NCBI GenBank assembly: GCA_963666515.2
Contig: OY762897.2
Location: 32,001 to 96,000 of the forward strand
Origin: Candidatus Binatia bacterium
GTDB taxonomy: Bacteria > Desulfobacterota > Binatia > UBA9968 > JAJDTQ01
Direction of reading: 5' to 3'
Length of the DNA: 64,000 bases
The notes beneath the pieces were generated by a model, which had not been told where the DNA came from, did no database searches, and saw only the letters and a program-made list of their open reading frames with translations. Shown here piece by piece: positions 29,408-40,587 of this stretch; position 1 is the first letter of the stretch, and each line of letters begins with the position of its first letter. Made by a program: the position numbers and the translations under genes.

Positions 29408-30484
29408 CTACGCTGCCTGCAGATCCTTGTAGTGGGCGTCCTTGGAGATGGGCGCCAGACCGCTGGCGATGACCGACCAACTGTCCCCGGCGTCGTCACT
29501 GCAATAGACGTCCCCGTTGGTGGTGGCGGCGAACACCGAGACGTCGTCCCCGGCCGCTTCCAGGCAGAGAGCCTCGACGCTCGCCTGCAGCATGTCCGGG
29601 AGCCCGTTGGTCAGGATCTCCCAGGTGCGCCCGCCGTCCGTGCTGCGCGAGATGCGCGCGTCGGCCGAATGGGTCTTTCGCCACTGTCCCGGGTTGTATT
29701 GAGCCGCGCTCAGGAACATCAGGTCGGGCCTTTGCGGATGGAGCACGCACCCGTCCGGATAGTTGCCGATGTCCGACGGCCGCGAGAGCCATTCCTCGAA
29801 GCTCTTGCCGCCGTCCAGGGACACGTACAACCCGCGCCCGGTGACGACGTACAACCGTTCGCTGTTCTCCGGGTGGATCACCAGCCGGTGCGCGTCCTCG
29901 TAGATGCCGTGGAGCTGCTCGAAGGACTCGCCGCGGTCCGTGCTCCTGAGCAGGCCGCCCACCTCCACGCTCACGTACACGGTGTCGGGATCGTGGGGAT
30001 CGAAGTTGATGTGCTTGGCGTGGGCGATGTGGGGCGGAACCGGGAAACTCCAGTCGGGCACGCTGGGCACCGACCGCAGTGCCGGCAGCTCGGTCCAGTG
30101 TCCGCCCATGTCATCGCTGCAGAACAGGTGCGCCGGCTCGGTGCCGGCGTACAGGCGGGTGCCGCCGTTGTTGCGGGAAGACGCGATGCTGTAGACGTCG
30201 TTGGAGGTGAGCCCGTTCTCCCGCGCCTCCCAGGTGGCGCCGTGGTCCGCGCTCACGTGCAGCCCGCCGTGGAACGCTCCGGCAAAGAACATCCCGCTTC
30301 CTGGTTCCTGGTGTATGGCGCTGATGTGCTTGTCCTCCAGCATGTGCCGGGCGAGGCGCCAGCCGCTGCCGCCGGACTCGCGCTCCAGCACGGCTATGCC
30401 CTTCCGGGTCCCCACCCAGACCTCGTCGGAGCGGGAAGGGGAAGAATAGATGGTGGTTCCACCGTGGGAAAGTGCGATGGTCAT
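29408..30484 (-). CDS. BNR/Asp-box beta-propeller protein
   Basis: Repeated S.D.G.TW Asp-boxes and WSFPVPPHIAH. Confidence 0.85.
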   Translation of the reverse strand: MTIALSHGGTTIYSSPSRSDEVWVGTRKGIAVLERESGGSGWRLARHMLEDKHISAIHQEPGSGMFFAGAFHGGLHVSADHGATWEARENGLTSNDVYSIASSRNNGGTRLYAGTEPAHLFCSDDMGGHWTELPALRSVPSVPDWSFPVPPHIAHAKHINFDPHDPDTVYVSVEVGGLLRSTDRGESFEQLHGIYEDAHRLVIHPENSERLYVVTGRGLYVSLDGGKSFEEWLSRPSDIGNYPDGCVLHPQRPDLMFLSAAQYNPGQWRKTHSADARISRSTDGGRTWEILTNGLPDMLQASVEALCLEAAGDDVSVFAATTNGDVYCSDDAGDSWSVIASGLAPISKDAHYKDLQAA

Positions 30485-30666
30485 GGCCGTGCCTCCTCGC
30501 GAGTATCGGGCTCTGGTTCCGGGCTTGCCGAATCAACCGTACGACGGTGTTGAACCGGCCCAGCCCTTCTATGCAAGGCGGTACACCTTCGCTATGGTGG
30601 TGTCAAGTTCCGCCGGGCGAGGCCGCGTGGGACGTGGCCGGTCCCGGGGGTGGGAACCGGGGAGGC

Positions 30667-31593
30667 ATGATGAAAGTGACACGGTTAAGGGTCCTGTACG
30701 GGGTTCTCGGCGAGGGACGGGAAAGCGTCGCGCGCGACCCGACGGGCTATCTGGGCATCGAGCGGGGGATATACCGGCGCCGCGGGCTGGATCTGTCCTG
30801 GGACCACGTTCAAGGCACGGACGAGCGCAACCAGGCGCTGGCGTCGGGCGAGGCCGACCTGTCGCTCGTCATCGGACGGGCGTCGTTGCAGCATTTCCTC
30901 CGTACCGGCGCGACACGGCTCATCGGCTCTTGCATGAACAGCAGCCCCTACCTGCTCATGGCCGCCTCCGGGACGCGCGCGCTTGCAGACCTCCGAGGCA
31001 AGGCGCTGGCATGTCGCCGCATCATCGCCGATACCGCGCCGCTGGCCGGGACGCTGCTGGACCGCGCCGGCCTCGCGTTGGGCGCCGATGTGCGGCTCGA
31101 ATCGGTGGACACGGATCAGCACGCGCTGGACCGTCTGACGGCCGGTTCGGCGGGCGCGGCGCTGCTGCCCCGCCCGTTCGACTTCGTCGCCAGGGAGCGC
31201 GGTTTCCTGCCTGTCTCCGACTGGCCGGAGGTGGCGGCAGATCCGCTCCCCATCAGCCTCGAGACCATGGCCTCCACCCTGCGTGACAAGGGCAACGCCT
31301 TGAGGATGTTCCTGGTTTCCCACCGGGAGGCGATCCGTTATCTGCAGGGCCACCGGAGCGAGACCCTGGCCATGCTCCAGCGGGTGTTCGGGTATGCGCC
31401 CGATCTGGCGGCGGTGCTCTACGACGACTACCTGGGGCTGCTGGACCCGCATATGACCGTGGACCTGCCGCAAGTGGAGAGGCTGTTGCGCTTGACGGCC
31501 CCGGATGCCGGCGTCGAAGTGGCGGACCTGGCGTCCCGCTGGCTTGCGCCGGGAGCCGCCAGCCCGGCGCCGGCATCCGGCGTCTCGGAGTGA
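30667..31593 (+). CDS. NitT/TauT (NMT1/THI5-like) substrate-binding-fold protein
   Basis: GIERGIYRRRGLD, ALASGEAD and LADLRGK. GGAGG RBS; no evident signal peptide. Confidence 0.75.
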   Translation: MMKVTRLRVLYGVLGEGRESVARDPTGYLGIERGIYRRRGLDLSWDHVQGTDERNQALASGEADLSLVIGRASLQHFLRTGATRLIGSCMNSSPYLLMAASGTRALADLRGKALACRRIIADTAPLAGTLLDRAGLALGADVRLESVDTDQHALDRLTAGSAGAALLPRPFDFVARERGFLPVSDWPEVAADPLPISLETMASTLRDKGNALRMFLVSHREAIRYLQGHRSETLAMLQRVFGYAPDLAAVLYDDYLGLLDPHMTVDLPQVERLLRLTAPDAGVEVADLASRWLAPGAASPAPASGVSE

Positions 31594-31617
31594 CGCGCGC
31601 GCAGGGACCCCGATCCG

Positions 31618-32484
31618 GTGCCCGCGGAAGCCATAGCCCTGATGGCGGCCTTCGCCTACGCGTCGGTCTCGGTCTCCTCGCGGCTGGGGTTTCGTTATTC
31701 CACACCCCTCACTGCCACCTGCATGGCGATGGTAGTCCGGATGACGCTGCTCTGGTGCGCCGTGCTCGCCACCGGCGGCGTTCCCGCGGTGGCATCGCTT
31801 GCGGTGTTGATCTTCGTGCTCCTGGGCGTCATGCAGACGGGCACGAGCTACCTGACCTTCACCGGCGTCGCGCGCATCGGCGCTTCCCGCAGCCAGCCGT
31901 TGCGGACCACCTACCCGCTCTGGAGCGCGGTATGGTCCGTGGCGTTGCTGGGCGAGAGCCTGACTCCGGGTGTCATGGCCGGAACGGTGCTGGTGGTGGC
32001 CGGGACGATCCTCATATCGTGGAGTCCCGACCGCGGGTCCCCCAGCTATCGCTGGTGGCACATCCTGTTCCCGCTGAGCGCGGCGTTCCTTGCCGGCATC
32101 GCGTTTCCGGTCCGACGCTACGGCCTGGACATCTCGAACGAGCCGCTCTTCTTCGCCGCGGTGCTGGCCACGGTGGCGTCCGTGTGTCTCGCCGTTTCCC
32201 TGTCGGCGGGCGGCACGCGCGACCGAATCGCCTGGGACCGGCGCGCCGTGCTGCCGTTCGTGGCGGCGGGAGCCTTCGAGACCGTGGCGTCGCTGTTCTC
32301 GCTCATCGCCGTGAGCATGGGCAAGGTGGTGGAGGTGGCCCCGCTGGTGGCCACCTCTCCCTTGTGGACCCTGCTCCTGACCCTGGTCGTGTTGCGCGGC
32401 GTGGAACGGATCAGCGCGAAGTCGGCGGCGGGCACCCTCGCCGTGGTCGCCGGAACCATCACCATCATCGCTACAAGCCACTAA
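31618..32484 (+). CDS. EamA/DMT family transporter
   Basis: About 10 TM helices in two repeats, with LLGE and PLV...PLW motifs. Confidence 0.88.
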   Translation: MPAEAIALMAAFAYASVSVSSRLGFRYSTPLTATCMAMVVRMTLLWCAVLATGGVPAVASLAVLIFVLLGVMQTGTSYLTFTGVARIGASRSQPLRTTYPLWSAVWSVALLGESLTPGVMAGTVLVVAGTILISWSPDRGSPSYRWWHILFPLSAAFLAGIAFPVRRYGLDISNEPLFFAAVLATVASVCLAVSLSAGGTRDRIAWDRRAVLPFVAAGAFETVASLFSLIAVSMGKVVEVAPLVATSPLWTLLLTLVVLRGVERISAKSAAGTLAVVAGTITIIATSH

Positions 32485-32499
32485 CCGGACTTAGCCGTC

Positions 32500-33360
32500 A
32501 TGCCGCCCGAGCTCATCGCCATCCTGTCCGCAATCCTCTATGCCCTGAGCTTCGTCCTCGCCCGCAAGGGCATGAGGTATTCCAACTCGGCCACCGTGAC
32601 GGTGGTCTCCCTGATCGCCATGTCCGTGATGTTCGGTATTCCGGTGGTGATCCTCGGAGTGCCGTCGTGGCACTGGACCGCCCTCTGGCTGATCGTCATC
32701 GCCGGGACCTTCCAGCCCTTCATCCGCCACTTGACCTACCAGGGCATGCAGATGATCGGCGCGGCGCGCACCGGCCCCCTGCGCGCCACCCACCCCTTCT
32801 GGGCCGGGCTCATCGCGGTCACGCTGCTGGGAGAGGTGCTGACGCCGCGGGTGTTCCTCGGCAACGTCACGGTCATCGCCGGCATTATCGCGATTTCCTG
32901 GCAGCGCGCCCAGGCGCGGATGGAGGTCTCGCGATGGTACGTCCTGTTGCCCATGACCGCGGCGTTCCTGGCCGGCGTCGCCTTCCCGTTGCGGCGGGCG
33001 GCGTTGACGCTCACCCCCGAGCCGCTGTTCTTCGCCGCGGTCATGGGCGTGGTGGGACTGCTGGTCGTGGGCATCGCCCAGGCCGTGCCGCGGCTGGTGC
33101 AACGCTACGTCTGGGACAGGCGGGCGCTGTGGGCGTTCGTGTGGGCCGGCGCCTTCGAATCGCTGGGCGGCGCGGGCATCCTCTACGCCCTCAACAAGGG
33201 GGAGGTCATCGTCGTCGCTCCCATCACGGCGACCCTGCCCATGTGGATCCTGCTGGCCACCGTGATCTTTCTCCGGGACATGGAGCGGGTCACCCGGACC
33301 ACCGTCCTCGGCACGGTGCTGGTAGTCGTCGGCATCATCCTGGTGACCACGGCCCGCTGA
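32500..33360 (+). CDS. EamA/DMT family transporter (paralog)
   Basis: About 10 TM helices; shares AAFLAG.AFP.RR and EPLFFAAV with the upstream gene. Confidence 0.88.
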   Translation: MPPELIAILSAILYALSFVLARKGMRYSNSATVTVVSLIAMSVMFGIPVVILGVPSWHWTALWLIVIAGTFQPFIRHLTYQGMQMIGAARTGPLRATHPFWAGLIAVTLLGEVLTPRVFLGNVTVIAGIIAISWQRAQARMEVSRWYVLLPMTAAFLAGVAFPLRRAALTLTPEPLFFAAVMGVVGLLVVGIAQAVPRLVQRYVWDRRALWAFVWAGAFESLGGAGILYALNKGEVIVVAPITATLPMWILLATVIFLRDMERVTRTTVLGTVLVVVGIILVTTAR

Positions 33361-33375
33361 GCGCCGCCGAAGGGG

Positions 33376-35493
33376 TCACGGTTCCGCCAGCTCGAAGTCG
33401 ATCTCGCCCTGAAACAGCTTGACCCGCGCCACCCAGACGGTGACCGGGTCGCCCATGCGGAAGCTCCGGCCGTGGTTCTGGCCCTTGATGAGGTGGGCGG
33501 TGTCGTAATAGTGGTAGAAATCGTCGTCCAGGGACTTGAGGCTCACCAGTCCCTCCACGAACCAGCGGTCCAGCTCTACGAAGAAGCCAAACGTGGTCAG
33601 ATCGGTGATGACGCCGGAGTGCACCTCGCCGACCTTGCCGGTCATGAACTGGGCCTTCTTGAGGTCCACCATCTCTCGCTCCGCGTCCATGGCCAGGCGC
33701 TCGCGCCGGGAGCTGTAGTCCGCAGCCTCCCGGAGGTAGGCGTCCAGATCTTCCCGCGTATTGGAGTCAAGCTTCGGGCCGGTCATGGCCCGGTCGAGGA
33801 GCCGGTGGACCATGAGGTCGGGGTAGCGGCGGATGGGCGACGTGAAATGCAGGTAGGCGTCGGACGCCAGGCCAAAGTGGCCGATGTTCTCCCGGTCGTA
33901 GGTGGCCTGCTTCATGGAGCGCAGCAGCATCCGGTTGAGCACGCGTTCCTCGGGCTTGCCGCGGCACGCTTCCAGGACGAGCTGGAGCTCCCGGGACGAT
34001 ATCTTTTCCCCGCTCCGGTGGAGTCGGTATCCGAGGGTGGAAAGGAACGGGCCGATGGCGTCCAGGGTGTCCTCGTCAGGGCCTTCGTGCACCCGGTACA
34101 CGCACGGAAACTTGCGCTTACGGAGGTGCGCCGCCACGGCTTCGTTGGCGGCGATCATGAACTCCTCGATCATTCGGTGGGCGATGGTGCGATCGGCGCG
34201 GCGGATGTCGGTGGGCAGGCCGTGGTCGTCGAGCAGGATTTCCGTTTCCGGGAGCTCGAAGTCCAGGCTTCCGCGAGCGCGCCGCCGGTCCATGAGGAGG
34301 TGCGTCAGTTCCTCCATGGCGCGGAGAGAGTCGATCAGTTGCGGGTACTGCCCGATGACGGAGGCGTCCCGGTCCACCAGCATGCGTCCCACCTCGGTGT
34401 AGGTGAGCCGGGCGTCGCTAAGGATCACGGACCGGAAGAACTCCGTCCGCTCCACCGCTCCCTTGCCGTCGAACTCCAGCAGCGCCGTGCGCGCAAGCCG
34501 GTCCTCCCCCGGCTTGAGGCTGCAGATGCCGGTGGACAGCGCCGGCGGCAGCATGGGCAGGGCGCGGTCCGGGAAGTACACGCTGGTGCCGCGGGCGTAG
34601 GCCTCGACGTCCAGAGCGGAGTCCCGGGGCACGTAGTGGGCCACGTCGGCGATGGACACGTAGAGTCGGTAGCCGTCGCCCGTCCGCTCGATGCCGACGG
34701 CGTCATCGAAATCGCGGGCGGTCTCGCCGTCCACGGTGAAGGTGGTGAGGGCGCGCAGGTCGCGGCGCCCAGCCAGACTCGCCGGGACCCCGGCCGCGGC
34801 GTGGCGCTCCGCCTCCTGCCGCGCGTCCTCTGAGAAATCCTCGGGAAAGCCGTAGCGGAAGATCACCGCCCGGGCCTGGACCTCGGGGTCGTCCGGCGAG
34901 CCCAGCAGCCGTTCGAGCCGGGCTTCGGCGGGCGTGTAGCCGCCGCCGTAGCGGGTCATCTCCACCGCCGCCACCTGGCCGTCGGGCAACGGCGCGTTCG
35001 CGGCCAGCGGAATCGCGGGGGCGATGCGCGGGTCCATGGGCACCACCAGCGTGCGGTCTCCGTCGGTCTGGACCACGCCAACGATGCGGCGCTGGCCCCG
35101 CTCCAGCACTTCCACCACGTGTCCCTGGCTGTCCCCGTGGCGCTTCTTCTCCGGGCGCACCAGCACGCGGTCGCCGTGCATCACCCGCCGCATCTCCCTG
35201 CGGCTGAGGTAGATGTCCTCCATCCCCTTTTGGTCGGGAATCACGAAACCGAAGCCGTCGGGATGCCCCTGCACGACCCCGGACACGACGCTGGCGGCCT
35301 TGGCGAGGGTGTAGTGGTTCTTGTGGAGGCGGATCACCTTGCGCTCGTGGATCAATTCCTTGAGCGCATCGACCACCGTTTCCCGGTCCGGCTTGCCGAA
35401 CCCTTTTCGTATCTCTTTCAGGCTGAAGCGGTGGCCCGGCCGGGCCAGCATGAACGAAAGGATGCGGGGCTTGAGGGTGGAGGGGTCACTCAT
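33376..35493 (-). CDS. rnr: Ribonuclease R
   Basis: GHPDGFGF cold-shock domain, TVDGETARDFDDA, IEEFMIAAN, HFTSPIRRYPDL and a C-terminal S1 domain. Confidence 0.95.
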   Translation of the reverse strand: MSDPSTLKPRILSFMLARPGHRFSLKEIRKGFGKPDRETVVDALKELIHERKVIRLHKNHYTLAKAASVVSGVVQGHPDGFGFVIPDQKGMEDIYLSRREMRRVMHGDRVLVRPEKKRHGDSQGHVVEVLERGQRRIVGVVQTDGDRTLVVPMDPRIAPAIPLAANAPLPDGQVAAVEMTRYGGGYTPAEARLERLLGSPDDPEVQARAVIFRYGFPEDFSEDARQEAERHAAAGVPASLAGRRDLRALTTFTVDGETARDFDDAVGIERTGDGYRLYVSIADVAHYVPRDSALDVEAYARGTSVYFPDRALPMLPPALSTGICSLKPGEDRLARTALLEFDGKGAVERTEFFRSVILSDARLTYTEVGRMLVDRDASVIGQYPQLIDSLRAMEELTHLLMDRRRARGSLDFELPETEILLDDHGLPTDIRRADRTIAHRMIEEFMIAANEAVAAHLRKRKFPCVYRVHEGPDEDTLDAIGPFLSTLGYRLHRSGEKISSRELQLVLEACRGKPEERVLNRMLLRSMKQATYDRENIGHFGLASDAYLHFTSPIRRYPDLMVHRLLDRAMTGPKLDSNTREDLDAYLREAADYSSRRERLAMDAEREMVDLKKAQFMTGKVGEVHSGVITDLTTFGFFVELDRWFVEGLVSLKSLDDDFYHYYDTAHLIKGQNHGRSFRMGDPVTVWVARVKLFQGEIDFELAEP

Positions 35494-35750
35494 GGGGCGA
35501 GATCGACCAGGAGCCAGTCATCGCCGAGATCCGCGGGCCGCGGAATCTCCTCCAGGTCCACTTCATCGGCCAGGGCGGCCAATACCTCGCGGGCCAGGGT
35601 CAGGGAGTCCTCCAGCACCAGGAGGACGATGACCGCCTCCACGGGGTCCACCGTGCGGATGATGCCGAGCAGCTCGTAGGACTCCACGATGAACTTGATG
35701 TACGCGATGTCCTGCGTGCGTACACGGAGATAAAGCTCGTGGACATCCAT
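35490..35750 (-). CDS. DUF4911-like small protein
   Basis: DIAYIKFIVESYELLGIIRTVD pattern; the stop overlaps the rnr start. Confidence 0.75.
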   Translation of the reverse strand: MDVHELYLRVRTQDIAYIKFIVESYELLGIIRTVDPVEAVIVLLVLEDSLTLAREVLAALADEVDLEEIPRPADLGDDWLLVDLAP

Positions 35751-35816
35751 GCCTGTCAGGGGAACGGGTTGTGGGCGCGGCGGCGCGAAAGAGACCCGGG
35801 CCGAGCCCGGCGCCGT

Positions 35817-38438
35817 TCAGCGCAGCATCTCCCGGAAGCCCTGTCCCAGTCTCTTCCACAGGTTGAAGCCGCCATTGGGGTCGGTCCTCGGCGGCCTCTC
35901 TTCGGCGAGCTTGTCGTACATGTAGCGGGTGAGCTGCACGACGTCGGGCCGGGCGGTCACGTCGGGGATGTTGCCGGTGAGCCGGAAGGGCAGGCTGACG
36001 CTGTCGGTATCGAGGAGATAACGGACGTTGCGGTAGCGTCCGCTCAAGTCACGGGAGAACGCGGACGACAGGACCAGGGTGGCCCGAAGGTCCACACCGC
36101 CGTCTGGGTCCGCCCAGCCTCTTCCGACGATGCTGTACTCGTCGGCGATCAGCAGCAGATCGTTGCTGCGGAGCCGGCCGTTGTCGATAGTCAACGTGCC
36201 CTCGGCGGTTCTGAAGGATGCCCGGTCGTCCCGCACCAGCGAGACGAACGCGGGTCCTGCCGTGTCGATGCGGTCGATGCCTTCTACGGTATCCAGGGCC
36301 GCAAGCACGCGGCGGACAAGGTTGAAGTTGGAGAAGACGCCCTTGTCCAGGGTGAAACGTCCTCGTCCGCTGAGGTTGCGGACTACGGACGGCCAGTCTT
36401 TTCCGGAGATACTGAACCGCCCCGTCAGGTCCAGGCGCGCTTTGAGGGGCTCCTTCGTGCCGAGAGGGAAGAGAGCGAGAACGCTCGCTACGTCCACGTC
36501 CTCCACGGTCGGGTTCAACTCGATGGCGAAGCCTTGGCCGTCGCGGTGGGTTAATGCGCCGTCACCCCGGATCCTGCCCCCCAGCGTCTCGACGTCAAGC
36601 CTGTCGACCTTCACCTCGGCCCCGGTCCAGCGCACCATACCCCGCAGATTGCGGTAATTGATGCCCTTCAGGCGTCCGTTGCTCGACGCCAAGTGCCCCT
36701 TGACGGACAGCACGCCCTTGGTGAACCCCGCGGATCCTTCGCTCACGAGGTTGTTGAAGGAATCGGCCCGGTGCGCCGCGTCTCCGGTGACGTCGGCAAG
36801 GTTCAGCAGACTGGACTGGAGACTGTAGTGCAGGACAGGCCGGCTCAGGTCCGCCAGCAGCCCCCGTACCTGGAGGTCCGACAGCCCCGACCTCCACTGA
36901 AGCTTTTGGATCTCGATGTCCCGCCCACGGAACTCCAGCTCTCCCTGGAGCCCCTGGATGTTCCTGTGCGTCCCCGGCGGGCCGATGACGTTGACGTTGG
37001 CCAGCCGCAGGCCGCCGGTGATGTTCGGCGGTTCGTTCCGCGGAGCCGACTTCCGCTCCAGCGAGAATCGGGCGCTCACGGTGCCGTCGAGCCGGTAGCC
37101 GTCGCTTGCCGGCACCAGGGCTTGCCATCCCGCCAGCGGCAACTCGCCGGTCTCGACGCGCAACCGGACCACGTGATCCGGGTCCTCACGGATGGAACCC
37201 GAAAACGTCACCGTCCCGTTGTGAAACCGCGCCCGGGACTCGTTGATGAGCAGGTGGTCCTTGCGCAACCTCATGGCCAGATCCACGCGGGCAGCCACCC
37301 CGGGCGCTTTGTGGAGCCACTTGCCGTACCGGACCGCGTTGGCGTCCGCGGTCACCGACGTGTGAATCTTCAGGTCGCCGAGCCGTCCTTCGATGTCGTT
37401 GGAGAGGGTAAGGTCTTCGTGCACCACCAGCGCCGCCGGCAACACGCGGTCCACCCAGGGAATCTGCCGGATCTGGTCGAGAGTCACCGGCCCCAGTTGC
37501 AGCTCGGCCTTGACGCGGCCGCCATTCCACGATGCCGCCTTGGAAAAGTCCACACCGCCGGCCAGCGTGGCATTGTCGGAGGCCTCGCCGAACAGGCGTC
37601 CGGTGACGCGCATTTCCGACAACCGGGGCCGGTGCAGCTTGCCGGACACGCGCGCGGTCACGGCCAGAGGCCCGGAGGGGCGAAGGTAGCCGGGCAGATG
37701 ATTTTCCAGCAGCTTCCAGCCGCGCTCGGCAACCACTTGCGGCAGCGACGCGGCGTTCAACTTCAGGTCCACCGGGTTCTCGGTCCACCTGGACAGCGGC
37801 CGTGACGTGCCGACTGTGCCGGTCACCGAGAACGGCTGCCCGCCGTCGGAGTCGAGGGATGCGGAGAGATCGACGTGAATACGTTGTTCCCGCGACCATT
37901 GGAGAGCCGCGGCGAGGTGGTGCAGCCGCAGTTCCTCGGGTTTGTCCGAGGAGCGGTCGATGAAGTAGAGCCTGCCTCCGTTGGCGCGGACCGTGGTGCC
38001 GGCCCGGTGCGCCGATTGGAACCCCGATTCGAGGGGCTGTGCCGGAGTGAAGATGTTGACGTCGCCGTACTCGTTGCGGATGACCTGGATCTCGGGCTGG
38101 CTCAGGACGATGTCGGAAACCGTGGGGTTGCCGGTGAGCAGGGACCACCACCCCAGAGAGATGGTCGCCTGGTTCGTGTGCACCAGCGGGGTGGCGGCGA
38201 ACTTCGGGTCGTCGGCGACACGCAGGTCGGTGACCGTGATGCCGAGGCTTCCCGGGTGCCCGAGGAAACTGAGGTGGACCGCGTCGAAGGTCACCGCACG
38301 GCCGACGGCGGCCTCCATCTGCCGGCGTATAGCGTCCTTGCGGCTATCCAGAAACGCTTCCAGCCCCACCACCGCGACCACCGCCAGAACCGCGGTCAGC
38401 GACAGGAAAACCAGGAGCCTGGATACCTTGCTTTTCAT
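35817..38438 (-). CDS. AsmA-family protein
   Basis: N-terminal TM anchor, beta-rich repeats and an AsmA-like C-terminus (LSGRGRFTLDKG...LPFRLTG). Confidence 0.85.
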   Translation of the reverse strand: MKSKVSRLLVFLSLTAVLAVVAVVGLEAFLDSRKDAIRRQMEAAVGRAVTFDAVHLSFLGHPGSLGITVTDLRVADDPKFAATPLVHTNQATISLGWWSLLTGNPTVSDIVLSQPEIQVIRNEYGDVNIFTPAQPLESGFQSAHRAGTTVRANGGRLYFIDRSSDKPEELRLHHLAAALQWSREQRIHVDLSASLDSDGGQPFSVTGTVGTSRPLSRWTENPVDLKLNAASLPQVVAERGWKLLENHLPGYLRPSGPLAVTARVSGKLHRPRLSEMRVTGRLFGEASDNATLAGGVDFSKAASWNGGRVKAELQLGPVTLDQIRQIPWVDRVLPAALVVHEDLTLSNDIEGRLGDLKIHTSVTADANAVRYGKWLHKAPGVAARVDLAMRLRKDHLLINESRARFHNGTVTFSGSIREDPDHVVRLRVETGELPLAGWQALVPASDGYRLDGTVSARFSLERKSAPRNEPPNITGGLRLANVNVIGPPGTHRNIQGLQGELEFRGRDIEIQKLQWRSGLSDLQVRGLLADLSRPVLHYSLQSSLLNLADVTGDAAHRADSFNNLVSEGSAGFTKGVLSVKGHLASSNGRLKGINYRNLRGMVRWTGAEVKVDRLDVETLGGRIRGDGALTHRDGQGFAIELNPTVEDVDVASVLALFPLGTKEPLKARLDLTGRFSISGKDWPSVVRNLSGRGRFTLDKGVFSNFNLVRRVLAALDTVEGIDRIDTAGPAFVSLVRDDRASFRTAEGTLTIDNGRLRSNDLLLIADEYSIVGRGWADPDGGVDLRATLVLSSAFSRDLSGRYRNVRYLLDTDSVSLPFRLTGNIPDVTARPDVVQLTRYMYDKLAEERPPRTDPNGGFNLWKRLGQGFREMLR

Positions 38439-38571
38439 TCGTCGAGGTCTTGCGGCCTGCTACCCCCTGAACGAAATCCTGCTCCAGTCGAGGAGAGGCC
38501 GTCTAACGTACCAGAATATATAACATTCGATGGCGCGTCGCCAATCCATTTGTCATGGCCGCCGAGGGCCG

Positions 38572-39771
38572 TCAGGCCCTTTCCACGATGGTCGCGATGC
38601 CCTGTCCCACGCCGATGCACATGGCGGCCATGCCGTAGCGGCTGCCCCGCCGTCTCATCTCGTGGATCAGCGTGGTCATGATCCGTGCGCCGCTGCAACC
38701 CAAAGGGTGCCCCAGGGCGATGGCGCCGCCGTTGACGTTGACCTTGTCCGGGTCGAGGTCCAGCTCCCTGACGCAGGCCAGCGACTGGGACGCGAACGCC
38801 TCGTTGATCTCCACCAGGTCCAACTGATCCGCGGTGAGCCCCGCCCGCGCGAGCGCCTTGCGGCTGGCCGGTATCGGCCCGATGCCCATGAAGGCGGGGT
38901 CCACCCCCGCCACCGCGGAAGCGACGATCCGCACCATGGGCTTGAGCTTCAACGCTTCCGCCTTCTCGCGGGAGGCCACCACCAGCGCCGCGGCGCCGTC
39001 CGACAACGGCGACGAGTTGCCCGCGGTGACCGTGCCGTTCTTGACGAAGGCCGGCCTCAAGGCGGCGAGCTGTTCCAGGCTAGTATCCGGCCGCGGCCCT
39101 TCATCGCGGCCGTGGACCACCGGGTCGCCGCGCCGGGCGGGCGCGGCCACGGGAATGATCTCGTCGTCCAGGCGCCCGGCCTCCTGAGCCGCCACCGCGT
39201 TGCGATGGCTCCTGAGTCCGAAGGCGTCCTGCTCCTCCCGGCTGACCGAGTACTTCTCCGCCACGTTCTCCGCGGTCTCGCCCAGGCTGATGAGCGGGTA
39301 CAGTTCGCCCATGCGGGGGTTGGGGAAACGCCACCCGAGCACGCTGTCGTAGACCGTGACGTCGCCCCGGGCGAACGCGACGCCGCCCTTGGGCATCACC
39401 AGCGGCGCGCGGGTCATCATCTCCACGCCGCCGGCCACGAACAGGTCCCCCTCCTCGGCCCCTACCGCCCGTCCGGCCTGGTTGACCGCCTCCAGCCCGG
39501 AGCCGCAAAGGCGGTTCACGGTGGCGCCGGGCACCGAGTCCGGAATGCCCGCCAGCAGCGATGCGTTGCGGCCGACGTTACGGCAGTCCTCCCCGGCCTG
39601 GTTCGTGCAGCCGAGGATCACGTCCTCGATGGTCGCCTTGTCGATGCCGTTCCGGGCGATGAGCTTCGCGATGACGTGCGCCGCCAGATCATCCGGGCGG
39701 ATGTCCTTGAGGATTCCTCCATAGCGCCCCATGGGAGTGCGGGCGGCGTCGACGATGACGGCTTCGGGCAT
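38572..39771 (-). CDS. paaJ: Thiolase (3-oxoadipyl-CoA thiolase PaaJ/PcaF-like)
   Basis: [29 protein letters not shown] and MCIGVGQG; paa-like gene context. Confidence 0.8.
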   Translation of the reverse strand: MPEAVIVDAARTPMGRYGGILKDIRPDDLAAHVIAKLIARNGIDKATIEDVILGCTNQAGEDCRNVGRNASLLAGIPDSVPGATVNRLCGSGLEAVNQAGRAVGAEEGDLFVAGGVEMMTRAPLVMPKGGVAFARGDVTVYDSVLGWRFPNPRMGELYPLISLGETAENVAEKYSVSREEQDAFGLRSHRNAVAAQEAGRLDDEIIPVAAPARRGDPVVHGRDEGPRPDTSLEQLAALRPAFVKNGTVTAGNSSPLSDGAAALVVASREKAEALKLKPMVRIVASAVAGVDPAFMGIGPIPASRKALARAGLTADQLDLVEINEAFASQSLACVRELDLDPDKVNVNGGAIALGHPLGCSGARIMTTLIHEMRRRGSRYGMAAMCIGVGQGIATIVERA

Positions 39772-39837
39772 GACGTGCCTTTCGGGCGCCTGAAAGGCGC
39801 CGGTCAGAATGAATATTCCAGTAATAGGGTCCGGCGG

Positions 39838-40587
39838 TCAAGCGGCGCCGCCGCCCTTTTCCCCGTGCTGGTAGAACCCCCGTCCGGTGGTTTCGCCGAG
39901 ATGGCCGGACGCGACCATCTTTCTGAGCAGGGGCGCGGGCCGGTAACGGTCGTCGCCGGTCTCTTCCTGGAGCCCTTCGATGACCGCCAGCACCTCGTCC
40001 AGGCCGATCTCGTCGGCCCAGCGGAGCGGTCCCTGGGGGTAGTTGGTCCCGAGCCTGAGTGCGATGTCGATCTCCTCCGCGGTGGCGATGCCCTCGTCCA
40101 GGCTGCGCGCGGCTTCGTTGATGATGAGGCTCAGGATCCGCGGGAACACGAGGCCGGGAGCGTCCTTGACCTCGGCGCTCTCCTTGCCGACGCTGCGCAC
40201 CAGGGATTCCGCGGCCCGGAAGGCTTCGTCCGCGGTGTCGAGCCCGCGCGCCAGCTCGATGACGTTTCGTTGCGCGAGGGGGTGGAAGGTGGCGAAACCC
40301 ACGACCCTCTCCGGCCGCCGGCTCCAGCAGGCGATGGCGTTGGCGGACCAGCGGACGCACGAAGTCAGCACCAACGCGGCCCCCGGCGCCGCGGCGTCGA
40401 GTTCCTCCAGCAGCCGCCGCTTGTCCTCGTACGCGTCGGCCAGGGTGTCCACCACCACGTCGGTTGCCGGATCCACCTCCGCGCCGCGCGCGTATCGCGC
40501 GCACGTGATGTCGCTATCGGCGGCGAGCCGCTGCCAGTCATCCGCCAGCCGGTTGGTCCCGAGGATCGCAACCTTACTTGGACTCAT
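39838..40587 (-). CDS. 3-hydroxyacyl-CoA dehydrogenase-like protein (resembles the C-terminal half of PaaH)
   Basis: [28 protein letters not shown] and GRGFY. Degenerate NAD-binding motif. Confidence 0.82.
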   Translation of the reverse strand: MSPSKVAILGTNRLADDWQRLAADSDITCARYARGAEVDPATDVVVDTLADAYEDKRRLLEELDAAAPGAALVLTSCVRWSANAIACWSRRPERVVGFATFHPLAQRNVIELARGLDTADEAFRAAESLVRSVGKESAEVKDAPGLVFPRILSLIINEAARSLDEGIATAEEIDIALRLGTNYPQGPLRWADEIGLDEVLAVIEGLQEETGDDRYRPAPLLRKMVASGHLGETTGRGFYQHGEKGGGAA

